From Peribolospora baueri (lineage: Eukaryota), in contig JAMDHS010000051.1 in the NCBI GenBank assembly GCA_029717555.1, positions 124,001 through 161,639 of the forward strand: DNA of 37,639 bases, in the 5' to 3' direction. The notes under the pieces were generated by a model. It was given only the letters and a program-made list of their open reading frames with translations. It ran no database searches and was not told the DNA's origin. Position numbers and translations under genes: made by a program. Positions 21,967-33,740 of this stretch are shown piece after piece (positions within the stretch are counted from its first letter, which is position 1; each line of letters begins with the position of its first letter).

Positions 21967-22418
21967 CGCGACCCCCTCTGTCTACCCCTTCTCTCTGGAT
22001 TCCCACACCTTTTACTTCGCATTCTCGTCTCATAACGATCGTGATAAGTTTCCCTTCTGGGTTGGTTAGAACTCGTAAGACCTCCTGAGGAGATCTATAG
22101 ATCTTGGGTTGTGACCGCTCGGCTTATTAGCGGTAACCAATTCACGGGCATGTGACAGTGACCAAGATGAGCGAGCTCGGACGAACTTCTTCTGCCTTGG
22201 CCAGAAGTACAGAGACGCTCAACACCTCCCCGCTGTGATGGGCAGAGCACGAGGGCCAGAAGGATGACGATGGTGACCGTGGTCACCTGCTCATTAGACG
22301 ATACCGCGCTAACCAGGACTACCGCAGTTAATTCCCCGAATTGCTGCTGCGTCGACCGGGGAAGGGACAGATAATAGCAGGAGGCAGCCGCCGACGGTCC
22401 TCTGCTTCCCGTCTTCCA

Positions 22419-24861
22419 ATGCTCTCTTCCTCCTCCACGTCTCCCCGCAGTTTTGGCCCCTCCGTGCCCTCACTCTCCTCACGCCCCACCTTCCTTCGCA
22501 GAGGCGCCAGTGCTGAGGGGGGCGGCAAGGTGAAGGGAAAGCCCGATGAGGCGAAAGGCGACAAGGAGGAAGAAGAGCGCCCGCTTGAGGTGCATCCGAC
22601 CTTTGGAGAGCATGCCGACTATCGTGGCACCGTTGTGGTGAAGGTCGAGAAGTCGACTTTCTACGTTCATAAGGAGTGAGTGAATCATCAAAGCGGAGTG
22701 CTCGTGGATGGAGAAAGGGTCTTGTTCATCCATATTCGTCTCCTCGCTTCTCTTTCGCCTCGCTTGCGCCAAACACGTATCCCCGTCCTTCTTTCACATA
22801 TGAACATAACGTACAGCGTTGTTTATTTTATCCCCTTCTTCCAGTCCATCCTTGACGGCGACTGGCAGGAATCCCATCCATCCCTGCGATCCTCCATTGC
22901 CAGCTCCAAGGCTTTCCCCTTTGTCGACACTGGTGAGGAGAGAGGGCGGTCTGATGGGAGCGAGGACGAGACCAGTGATTTGGCAAGCCATATCGTAGGT
23001 GCCGACTGGCAGAACGATAGCATTGGGCACTCGGCGAAAGGGACCGGCGCGGTCACGGTGGGCCCTTCTTCATCAAAGACCGTCGTGGACGGCGCCCAAA
23101 CCTCATCGCCATCAGATACAGCCGGTTACACTCAATCGGGACGGGATGAGGAAGAAGCGGAAGACTGCGATGAAGTCTCTCGACTTGAGGAGCGCTATCG
23201 GCGGTTAATTTCCCTAGCTACACCGCCGGGCTCTCCGTCCGGATCTCCAACAGTTCACATTTCACCGGACGGAGACGGGGACATGGAAAGGAAAGATGGG
23301 CTAGTGACAGACAGTAATGAAGCTGATCCTGGATCCAGAGGAAAGCTGCGAGCACAGCACAAAGGACGTGTAGGTGACAAAAAGGTGGATGCGATCGTCC
23401 ATCTGGAGGAGGAGAAGGTGAGACTTCGTTGTGCAGTAGAATGAACAAACGCATCTGTTGACACATCCCTTTTCTGTTCTTGTGACCTTCGACCGTCTTC
23501 CCTTGTGTCTAGGCGGACATCTTCCAAGATTTTCTCTTTTTCCTTTACCCTCAGTACGCCCTCATTTCCCCCTTATTCCCCCCCTTTTTTCCCGGTGTTC
23601 GGACCGGGCTTTCCTCGAGTAACCGCCTGACCTCATCTCTGCCGTCTGTACTTTCGCACGCTCGTAGCCTCGACCTCCAAGTGACCTGGTACAACGTCGC
23701 CGGCTTGCTGCATATGAGCGATAAATTTGATGTGCCGTTGCTTAGGCGGTGAGTGGGCAGTCGCTCGTTCGTATTGGGCATGCTACAAGCAATGATGACT
23801 AGCGATGGAACGCCTTTATTTGTCTTGGCCTAGATACTAAAGCTCTTTGATCACCGCTACAGGCAAGCACTCAACTTCTTGACGGCTTCGGCGGCTGGAA
23901 GGCCGATCCAAGCCATGGCTATCGCTGGTGAGCCATTGTTTGTGCCATGTAGTTTGTCGATGATGAACGCTTCCGCTTGTTATGGGTCCATGCTCTTGCA
24001 AGCCTGAGTTCATGGCTGCTTATGTCACCACTCTTCCATTTCTTGTATTGCTCGCTCACACCTGAAAGAGCGATATCGCCTCAATGAGCTCTACCGAGAC
24101 GCTTCTCGGCACGTGTTGGACAATTACTCGAGCTGGGAGATGGGAGAGCTGGCTATGTTGTCCAAGGAAACGTTGCTCAAACTCGAGCGGAAGTGAGTCA
24201 GGGAAGAGAAGCCGATCTGCTGTTCTCCTCGTCCTCTTCTCATATTTAACATCGACTTATGTTCCATACTACATCGACGACTCGCAGGAGGACCTGGTTT
24301 CTAGAACGCCTTCTCAAGCTCGGCCTCACCACTCCCGCTCGAGACTACATCTGCGTCTCCTCCTGCCCAGACCCCATATGGTGTGCTCGCATGCTCGACG
24401 AGAAGTGGAAGACGGCATATCAGAACACATTCAAATTTGGTGAGAGGGCCTTCTGAAGGGGTTTTTGCTTTACCTTTTTGCTTGCATCTCCCGACTAACT
24501 ATTCCATCGCACGTCCTCCTCGCTCAAAGGCCCACCCCAACCGTCCATGATCTACCGCTACCTTCGCGAGCTCGAGATATCGCCTCCCCTGCCGCACACG
24601 GCCTGTCAGCACTATGCCAAAGTGTGGATTTTGGACTTGTGTGAGTACTAAAGTGTTGAAGCGCCGACAGCCTTGTTCGACTCCAGACAAGCTACGGCTT
24701 CGTCTCGTCCTTGTTTGAGGACTTTGTCGTCTGTGGCTCAGTTCCCTTTGCTGAAGCTTGACGGTCGTCGTCTTCGTCTTCCCGACAATTCAGTCGACCG
24801 CATGTTCCAAATATCCCAAACGGGAAAGACTCCTCGCCAGTTCCTCAACGTGCGACTTTGA
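22419..24861 (+). CDS. BTB/POZ-domain protein (probable Cul3 adaptor), 9 exons, ~499 aa
   Basis: Exons 22419-22675, 22817-23417, 23513-23553, 23668-23748, 23863-23927, 24069-24192, 24288-24439, 24530-24640, 24794-24861. Motifs GTVVVKVEKSTFYVHKD..PFFQSIL.GDW.ES, VHLEEEKADIFQDFLFFLYP, VTWYNV..LL.MSDKFDVPLL, ELYRDASRHVLDN. Confidence 0.85.
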
Positions 24862-26064
24862 CCGCCGGTGGGCTCGCCGTTTCTTTTTTTTTTTTTTCGT
24901 TTTCGCTTTTTGTCTTTCGCCCCTGTCTCGTCTCAATGCATTTATACCGAATGAATGGTCTGCACTCGACTGCGGCCATTTTCTCCTCGCTCTTGTGCGG
25001 AGGAGCCGGGAAATGACTCATTGTCCGCGTTGGCGTGTTAGAATAAGGAGGATGCCGAACCTGGATGACGGCCGTGCCGGATGGCCGCCCGTTGCGTAGG
25101 TTCTTCTGTCGTCGCGACAGAAGGGCCCCAGCGAGCGATGATGAGCTTTGTGGCTGATTGACTCAACGAGTGGTCGTGGACATCGGAAGCAGCTTCGATC
25201 TGCGCGACGACGAGGTGCTGACAAGCGTCGCACAGAAGAAGTCCACTTCAGATGCCCACGTGTAACCTGGAGTAATGTTGATGACACGCGCCGCCAACCA
25301 AATAAAATCTGGCAAAATCAAAGAAGTGGTGAACTTGGCCCCGCTTACCTCCGCTATGGGCTGCATGTCTCCGCTCGCTTCCATCCCTCCCCGCCACTAA
25401 GACGAGGTTAAAGAGAGGGGGAGGGCAGGCTCCGATAAGCGAGGACAGGTCATTGGCGCGCTGACTTGTCGAAATGTTTCATCATTTTGGTTGTCGATTC
25501 CAGGCGACGGCCATTTTTTTCCGGCAACGCGCTCGAAGAGGTCCGGCTCGGCTCAAATTGGATGCCGAGAGCCGGTCCTATCATATCCCGATCGACGCCA
25601 TCTCTCCGGAAGGTATGGACGCAGGCAGAAGGCGCAGATCTTGGAGAGGAAAGAAGAAGTTCTCTGCTGTCCTCCACTCACACCCGGTGGTTCCATCTCG
25701 GTTCGTCACTGCGCTTCGTCTCTCCAGTCCGCTGATAGGCGTTGTTCCCTTGCTCACGAATGTCCTCCCATGCCGGAAAGGGGCCGCACTTGCCGCACGC
25801 CGTCCCGGACTCTTGAGCTTGCGATCTGGGACGGCTGAGCGGTCCACCGCCCGCGTCGCTCAGCGGAGGTCTGGAATTCGAGAATTCGAGGCGAGGAGCG
25901 GATCTTCGTGGACAGCTGTTCCGGTGGAAGCTGATCCCCGCTCGGACACTAACCGCCCCTCGGGGAGACGGCTTACCATGTTACCGGGGACTGATCCCAA
26001 GAGGCCGGAGGAACGAGGCCTCCGTCTCCCTCTCTTCCTTTTTTTCCAGCGGACCCTGTCTCCA

Positions 26065-26285
26065 GCATAAATACCAGACAAGAGGGCGGCGCTCCCCTTG
26101 AGCGCCCCCCGCCACCCTTCCCTTTCCCCTCCTTCCCCTCCTCCTCCTCCTTCTCCTTCTCCTCCGTCTCTTCCGTTTGCCTTTCTACGACATTCCTTAC
26201 TTTCCGTAATCTCACCATCTTCCCGCTCGTCAAGCTTTACAAAACTATCAAAACAGCAACCTAATTTCTCATCTGTTAGGCAGTC
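26065..26285 (+). promoter_or_regulatory. Putative core promoter and 5' UTR of the MFS gene (CATAAATA followed by a CT-rich tract)
   Basis: CATAAATA at 26066-26073, a pyrimidine-rich tract at ~26115-26185, then ATG at 26286. This is a typical fungal arrangement. Confidence 0.45.
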
Positions 26286-28717
26286 ATGGAGAGTCAAAAC
26301 CATCCGCAAGACGCCCAGACGGTCAGTCCGTACCAAACCGCAACGAATGGCGGTGGCAACGGCGTCGCCGTTTCTGAGGCCGAGGACGCGGGTGCCTATC
26401 TGGTGACGTGGGACGGCCCGGATGATCCAGCTAATCCCAAGAACTACTCCAAATCACACAAATGGTGAGTCTCGTTCATCGTCTCGCTCTCGCTCACTAG
26501 TCCCTGCGTGCGGCGTGTAACCTGATAAATCGCTCCTCCTATCCTCTTCCACACGCCCAAAGGTTCCTAACCCTCTTCGCAGCTCTGCTGTGCTTCGACG
26601 TTAGTTTCGGTTCGTCCGTCATCACTGGCGATCTTCCCGGTGCGGCCGAATCGCTTCACGTCAGTGTGGAGGTGATCAACTTGACGGGTGAGTGGTGCTC
26701 GACATCTCTTGGCGCTCATCAGTTGGTGGTGTCGGCTAAGCATAATTTAACATGCCTTGTTTGGTCTGCCTCTTGCCATACCGTCAATCTGAATGACAGT
26801 CACTCTGTTCGTTTGCGGTTTTGCTTTCGGTCCAATGATGTGAGCGATGGTCCCTCTTGTCTGCTGGCATCAGCGCTCACCCGTTGCGGCTCGGCCATCA
26901 CTCACTCTGCCTCTCGTGGTATCTGTCCTCTACACTACTTAACTTTCAGCTTTGCCCCGTTGAGCGAGCTTTACGGGAGGAAGCCGATCTACATCGTCTG
27001 TGGAGGACTGTACTTCAGTGCGTAGGCCGAGCAGTGGCATCCATCCTGCGTTTCCGCTCTTGACCGATGTTGATTGTCGTCCGCTCTCCCTCTTCTTGTA
27101 TCTTCTCTCTCCCGCCAGTTTTCATTCTGCCTTGCGCTCTCGCTAAGAACGTGGGCACCATCCTTGTGTGCCGTTTGATCTCCGGACTGGCAGCCAGCGC
27201 GCCCATGACGAACGTCGGCGGCACCATCGCGGACATCTGGGACGTGGAGGAGCGCGGCTTCCCCATGTCGCTCTTCTCGTCCGTCCTTTTCATCGGTCCG
27301 GCCGCCGGACCACTTATCGGCGGGTTTGTGGGTGAGACGAAGGGATGGAGGTGGATCTACTGGGTGAGTACGGCATTCTGGAAGTAAGCAAGCGTGGTCT
27401 GGGTCGTATGCTATCGCTCTGACCGGCACGTGAGATGACATTTCCGATCTACCACAGATTCTCATGATCTTCACGGGCGCTTGCTGGTTGGCCACCTTCC
27501 TCACCTCTGAGACCTACGCCCCCGCTCTCCTCAAGGCCAAGGCCAAGAAGCTTCGGAAAGAGACAAAGAACGACAAGTACATGACCGAGCAGGAGATGCA
27601 CCGCAAGCCTATTGCGGAGCTGGTCAAGATTGCGTTGTTTAGGCCAATGAGTGAGTGGAAGGGAAGGCTACCGCCACGTCGATCTTATAATACCATGGTT
27701 GGACCTCTGCCGACATAAACGATGCATTCCACCGGATTTCTTACTATGCACAACCAGAGCTTCTCCTCGTCGAGCCCATTTTGGATCTTTTCTCTCTCTA
27801 CTTGTGCTTGGTTTACAGGTGCGTTGCTCCGAGTGCGCGAATGAAAGCTTTAGAAAGTCTTGCTGACGTTGTCATCGCACTCCAATTCAATTCGCAGCCT
27901 TCTCTACTTGTGAGCCTTTTATTTGTTAGCTAAGGGCTCCAGGTTCGCATCGACGGTAATTTCATGCTAACCATCCCCATCTTACACCATGCAGGCTCTT
28001 TTTCGCCTTTCCCCTCGTCTTCATCCCGCGTGGCTTCAATCCCGGCCAGATCGGCCTGTGCTTCTGCTCGCTCATCGTCGGCATCCTCCTCGCTGTCTGC
28101 TACTCTTACTTCGTCCAAGAGCGTGTCTACGCTAAGGCGGCGGCGAAGAGAGGGTACAACACGCCAGAGGATCGGTTGCCCATGATGCTCCTCGGCTCGC
28201 TCACCTTGCCGGCCGGGTTGTTCATCTTTGCCTGGACGTCGCCCGCTCATATCAGCTGGGTCGGACCCATGATGGCCGGCGTCCCGATGGGAGCCAGCTT
28301 CGTCCTGCTTTACATTTCTGCGAACGCTTATGTGAGTGGGAAAGTAGGGGACGTAGCCCTGGTGGCGGCAGTTTGGATGGCGTGTTCAACTCCATGCTCC
28401 TTTGCCTTTTTCATCGTACCATTTCCCAGCTCGTCGACTGCTACCACGACGTCGCCGCCTCTGCCTTGGCCGCCAAGACGCTCCTTCGTTCCCTGTGCGG
28501 CGCCGCCGTTCCGCTGTTCGTCAGCCAGATGTACAACGCCATGCATCCTCAATGGGCCGGCTCCCTCCTCGCCTTCGTCGCTGTAGGGATGATGCCGATC
28601 CCCTTCTACTTCTACCGATACGGCCGGCAATACCGGAAGAAGTCTCAATACGCGTGGGCCGAGGACCACAAGATCGTCGCTTCTCCTGCCGTCGGCGATT
28701 CCAAGGAGACGGTGTGA
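26286..28717 (+). CDS. MFS drug:H+ antiporter DHA1 family (Tpo/Flr1-like polyamine or multidrug transporter), 10 exons, ~515 aa
   Basis: Exons 26286-26464, 26563-26687, 26800-26839, 26950-27017, 27119-27363, 27458-27650, 27758-27818, 27898-27909, 27995-28331, 28430-28717. Motifs VTWDGPDDPANPKN, FAPLSELYGRKP, GGTIADIW..EERG, GP..GPLIGGF...GWRWIYW, ETYAP, YLVDCY..ASALAA..RS. Confidence 0.94.
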
Positions 28718-29003
28718 ATTGGGTCCGCATCTCTGTTTCTCTCTGCGTCCCCCCTTGGGGTTGATTAGGGTTAGGGTCAGGATGCATTCGCCGGGCGTTC
28801 AGAAGACCTCGCAGGCTGACAACTAACCGTCGCAGTCACATTGTCGACCGGAGCTCGAGTCCATTTGCGTGCAATTCATTATATATGTCAGGAACCCTTT
28901 CCCGGATCAAAGGCCGGCAAACACGCGTGAGAATTGGGTTTCCGAAGTTTCGTGTCTGAGATCCTTTCGATTTCAGGTTTGAGATGGGTGCTGGTGTCAG
29001 ATC

Positions 29004-29059
29004 GGCTCCTGGCTCCCGGCTCCCGGCGCCCGGCGACTGGCGACCGGCAACGGGCATTT
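29004..29059 (+). repeat. Degenerate 7-bp tandem array GGCnnnn x8
   Basis: ggctcct ggctccc ggctccc ggcgccc ggcgact ggcgacc ggcaacg ggcattt. Confidence 0.75.
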
Positions 29060-29239
29060 TTTTCGTGCGTTGCGCCACTCGCGGTCCACTCGACGGGGGT
29101 CGTGATGAGAACGGTAGTTCAGGCGTTCGAACAGGCGTCCGAGGACCTCTTTCATTTCGCTGCCCACCACATACAAGAAGGAGCCATCAAGGATCTGGCT
29201 TCCGCCAATTCTTCAACTTCCCTTGCAAAGCTTGTTCAA

Positions 29240-29985
29240 CTATAGGCCTCCCCTTCGCGTTTGTCTTTTCACCAGAGACATGAATCCATCCAGCTGACTA
29301 CGCATACCGCCATCTTGAAGCGCAGAGGAGAGAACCGATGACGGCTGGATACTTGGGATGTTCATCTCCCAGACATTTCCTTTAAGCTGCCAGGGTTGGT
29401 GGTCCCATCCACCGAAAGCGAGGCGCGGGCTCACTGGATATAGTAGCGGAGAGGGCGTGGAGGACGCACTTTCCCAGAAGTGTTCGTTGTATGCGGGCCC
29501 GAGGTCGTCGATGGTGTCATCGATGGGCATCGCCTCGGTCCCCAAACGTGTGATCATCAAGATGGCGAGAGAAGATGCACGCCGTGCACCGGACCAGATG
29601 GCAAACCACGAGACCCGGTGGCAGACCTCCTCCCTCGCCTCGCGCCTCGAATCGGTGTGAAAGAGGTGGCCTTCCTCGTTGCTCCTGTGCGCCAAGCCGG
29701 CCCACGTCACCAGATTGGCCATCGCGTCACGCTGCTCCTCCTTCTTCCACTTCGGTTCATCTCTGCCAACGTCTCCCCCACCTTGGGCGTTCTTCCCCGG
29801 TCTACCTCCATCATTAAGCTGTCGCCATGACCCTCACCATTGCATCACAAAGTCGCCTAATCTCCGTACCGTTCGGCACCAAAATCGCCCTCTCGTTCCC
29901 ATTATTGACATCGGGCTCGGCCTGCAACGACCAAGACCCGTCGACTTCCTCGCCAAGGATATGGCGAGTCGGACTGTTCTTGGCT
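29240..29985 (-). pseudogene. Possible degraded coding relic (gene or transposon fragment) of unknown family
   Basis: Protein-like minus-strand segments in different frames (HILGEEVDGSWSLQAEPDVNNGNERAILVPNGTEIRRLCDAMVRV; EPKWKKEEQRDAMANLVTW..PIDDTIDDLGPAYNEHFWE) are separated by stops and a frame change. No convincing intron links them and no family is recognised. Confidence 0.25.
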
Positions 29986-30599
29986 TAGGCCTGTTGCCCG
30001 CTGCTGCCGCGAGGTGGTGGCAAAAGAAGCTAGAGAGATCTCAGATTCAATTTCTCTCGTGAGCTTGTCCGAGTCTAAGATCCGGTAAAACGATGAGAGC
30101 CGCTGAAGCACGCAGGTAGAGGAAAGTTGTGCAATAAAGTTAGACATTAGAATAGGTAGTAGATGTTCCTGCTCAAGGCAGTGCGCCCCTTTGTTTGTGC
30201 TACGTGCCCAAAGAGAACTTGCTCTGATCACCGCAGTGTAGCTTGAGAACCGGGTAGTGCGTGAGTCTCCAGGCACACATGTCAAGCGCAGTCAACAACG
30301 CACTCGCTCTCAGACGAGGCGGAGAAGATTGCGTTCTTGCTCGAGGTGTCTTCACAAGACGACCGCCCCGACCGTCGATCGATTCCGGCCGTTCCTGTGG
30401 TCGGCCATCGCTCGCTGTTGCCGCAGTCGAGTGGGCCCAGGCTGATCGGTTGAATATGGCCGAGTGGGACGTTCCACCAAGGATCGAAGAAGGTCGTCAA
30501 GCCAGTCCTCGCTGTCTCTTCCACCTCCCTCTCTCCATTTCCCATCCGCGAAGCTTCGACGGCAGGCAGCCCATCGCCCCCGCGGTAGCGCACCCGCGG

Positions 30600-33500
30600 A
30601 TGTCGCTCGCATCCCCCTCTATGCCCATTGGGCACCTGCCCCTTGCCTCTGCGCCCGGCACTGGCGGCCCACTCACCTTGGCCGGCTCGTCCGGCGGCCA
30701 TACATTCCCATCCCCCTTCAAGGCCGCTGTCCTCAACTCACACGTCCATCCATTCGGCTCGGCATCCGGTTCCAGCTCCAGAACGTCTCACGAGGTCATC
30801 ACAGGCCACAATCCTGAACCGGACTTCATGTCCGACCCCTTGGACCTCAAGGAGCGCTTGGCCGAGGCGCTCGGCGAGAATGGCATGACCTACTGGACAG
30901 CTCTCGTCGCCTTCATGACCGGAAGGACGAGCAGAGATGAGTTTGAAGAGCAGGCCAGAAGCTGCCTTGAGAGGCCGGGGGATGGTGAGTTGCGGATGCC
31001 TGGGCGCCCACCTTTGTCTCGCCCATCGTACGAACCTTTTGCTGGCTGGGGCCGACCATGTATGGATGGTGCGCCGGGCTATATGACCGAGCGGAAGAGC
31101 AAGCTTACCCTTCTAGAGGTTCCGTCGATGCTCATCTATCTCTGTCTTCCCGTCTAATTTCAACTTCAACCCGATCGGCGGTTTTCATCCAGTGCATCTG
31201 CACAACCGCTTCATCATGGCAATTCTCTTCAACGCATCCGTACCCCTCTCCCCTTCTTCCGGCGCCGGTCCGTCCAAGCGTAGGCAAATGGACGGGAGAC
31301 TCAAGTCCGGATCGGCATTGGATGTCGAGGATAGGCGAAGGCTTAAGCTCAAGGCTGCCATCGCTGGCCTCGGGAAGAAGGAGCGCAAGAGGCTCAAGCT
31401 AGCTGGCACATGGCTCGATGATCTCCAAACTGCAAGCGGCAAGAAGAACAGCACCTCCAAAGGAAAGAAGGCCGTTGCCCTGGCAAAGGCCGCCGCTCTC
31501 GCAACCAACGGCGGTGATGCAGCATCCAAGGACAGGGACGGTGAGGACGCGGACAAGCAAGCGGAGAAGGACGGGGAGACCCTAGCCGTGGAGGATCAGG
31601 AGGAGGTTTTGAGGAAAAGAGCTCGTGAAGAAAAGGAGGAGAGGGAGCGCAAGAGGAGAAAACAGGAGGAGGCCATCACTGCCATCGGGGCGCCGTCCCG
31701 ATCGGACGGCGTCCTCGGCATAAATGATGTCAAAGGCAAAGTACCTGCTGGTGAATAATCCCGCCTACCCGTCTCTTTCTCCATCGATTATTGCACACTA
31801 ACTCTTTCTTTCTCTGACCCGATCGTCTTCTCGCATTCCAGTCTCCCCACAAGAACTTACTCGACTACTGTCAGCGCCCCTTTGCGTGGACTCGAAGCAG
31901 CTGCCTGCTCTGGATACCTTGCGTGATCGGATGACACTCATTTGCTACGAGAACGGCCTGACCGGAGGCGTCGCCTCCAAAACCGTTGAGATGATGTCCT
32001 TGGCTCTCGAGGTAAGGTTTCCAGCTCGACCCTCGCCAAGCCGCGTGTGATAGGCGATCTGCGTTGCTACAACTGGCAGCTTAATGTTCTCCTAATTTCT
32101 TCCTCTCCTTTTGACTTTTTCAGATGCATATCCAACATCTCTCCTCCTCGACCATCGCCAAAGTGCGCGCGAACCGTGCGACAGGTGTCAAGACGTCTTC
32201 CGGGCCTACTCTGCACCCCGCTTCGTCGAGCGGTCTCCCCTCGTCATCCAGGAGCATCGACGGCCCTTTTTCTACGGTGTCCAACTCGAGTGTCGATGTG
32301 AATGGCGGCACCATTGGACTGTTCGGCATCGGCAACGGCCCGTTCCACACATCGCCCACGCAGACCCAGCTCTCTCTTTCCTCCTCGCAACCGTCCACAC
32401 AGCTTTCCTCATCGTCGCCTCCGAAAGGAAAGACGCGCGCTACGGACTCGGACGCGGTCATGACCGACCTCACCCGTCCCACTACGGCCTCCTACTCGCC
32501 CGGGGCCACCCTGGGGTCGCTCTCGTCCACCCACAATGCCAAAGCCGGCGGGCTGGGCTTCATGCCGCGGTCCGGTTCGGGTAGTGGCAAGAACGAACCG
32601 GAGCCAATGACGACGTTGACGCTGCCCGATTTCGAGTTTATGCTGGGCCTGGCGCCCCACTCGCTCGTCGAACCTTTGGGTCTCGGCCCGCAAGAGCGCC
32701 TCTTGTCAGCTTTCGAAGAGCGGGCGGAGGTCGGGGTGGACGAAGGAGGAGACGGCGAGGAAGGAGAGGTGGAGGACGTTAAAGGGCTGAGGAGATGGCT
32801 CGCGGAGCGGGAACGGTTACCCAGCCTTGAGGAACTCTTCTTGTCAGATCCCTCGCTCCGCACCGCTGGAGTCGCAAAGGAAGGCCCAGCGCAGAACGGC
32901 GTTGTTTCTCCCGCTCTGTCATCGTCTGCGAATCCTCTCGCCTCGAGGACTCCGACGACTGCGACGACGATGGCGGCAGGAACGACGGGAGCGGACGGTG
33001 ACGCGCCCACGGCGGCTGCGCCCGCTTCTGCGAATCTTGCAGACGTACCGATGACCTCTCCGAGAAATCGGTTCATCGTCGACATGACTTTCCCTTTGCG
33101 CGTGCTAGATCGTCGAATCTTCGCCGAGGAGATGGCTAGGCGAGCTGCGGAGCGAGAGGAGGAAAAGAGAAAGGAAAGGGAGGAGAAGGAGATGAGGGGA
33201 AGAAGGTGGGCAAGTCCGAGGCGGATGGATGGAGGAAGGGGGATGGACCTTGGTTTCGGAAGAGGGTTGGGCATGGGGAGGGAGAGAAGGATGACGCTCC
33301 TCGGCGAGCAGAGAAAGGACGCTTTGCATCGTTTTCATCAGCACCCACAGCAGCAGCAACAACAGGATCGGAGCCCGTCGTCTTCTCTACAGGAATCGAT
33401 GCGGGGGCAAAGCGGCAGCGGCAAGAAGAACGTCGAGCCGCTTCGTACAGAGTCCCAGTCGCAATCAATGGAGGAGGACAAACATGAAGGTTCTGCGTCT

Positions 33501-33740
33501 GAAGCTCAACAGCAGCAAGATGGCAGACGGAGCTCAGGTTCCACATCCGCTCCTGCCAGTACGGGCGCCAGCGCTGGTCATCCACCCGGTTCCGAAGGGG
33601 CCGGCGGAGGCAAGCGCGACCGCGACGGCTACCATCATCATCACCATCACGAGCATCCTTCCGGCCATCGGCATCCCCAACACGGGGCCCTCTGGGACGT
33701 CGTCGATCCTGTCAAGCTCCTCAGCGGTGTCCTGTCTTAA
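30600..33740 (+). CDS. HFI1: SAGA complex subunit Ada1/Hfi1 (SAGA-Tad1 domain), 4 exons, ~909 aa
   Basis: Exons 30600-30984, 31193-31750, 31842-32011, 32124-33740. Motifs LKERLAEALG....YWTAL..F.TG..SRDEFEE, VHLHNRFIMAILFNA, and PLCVDSKQLP..DTLRDRMTLICYENGL..GV..MMSLALEMHIQ (histone fold). Start codon uncertain (the frame is open further upstream). Confidence 0.85.

Noticed and set aside
28886..29910. LTR-like TGTCA...TGACA boundaries
   Set aside because: No target-site duplication, primer-binding site, polypurine tract, second LTR or retroelement motifs.
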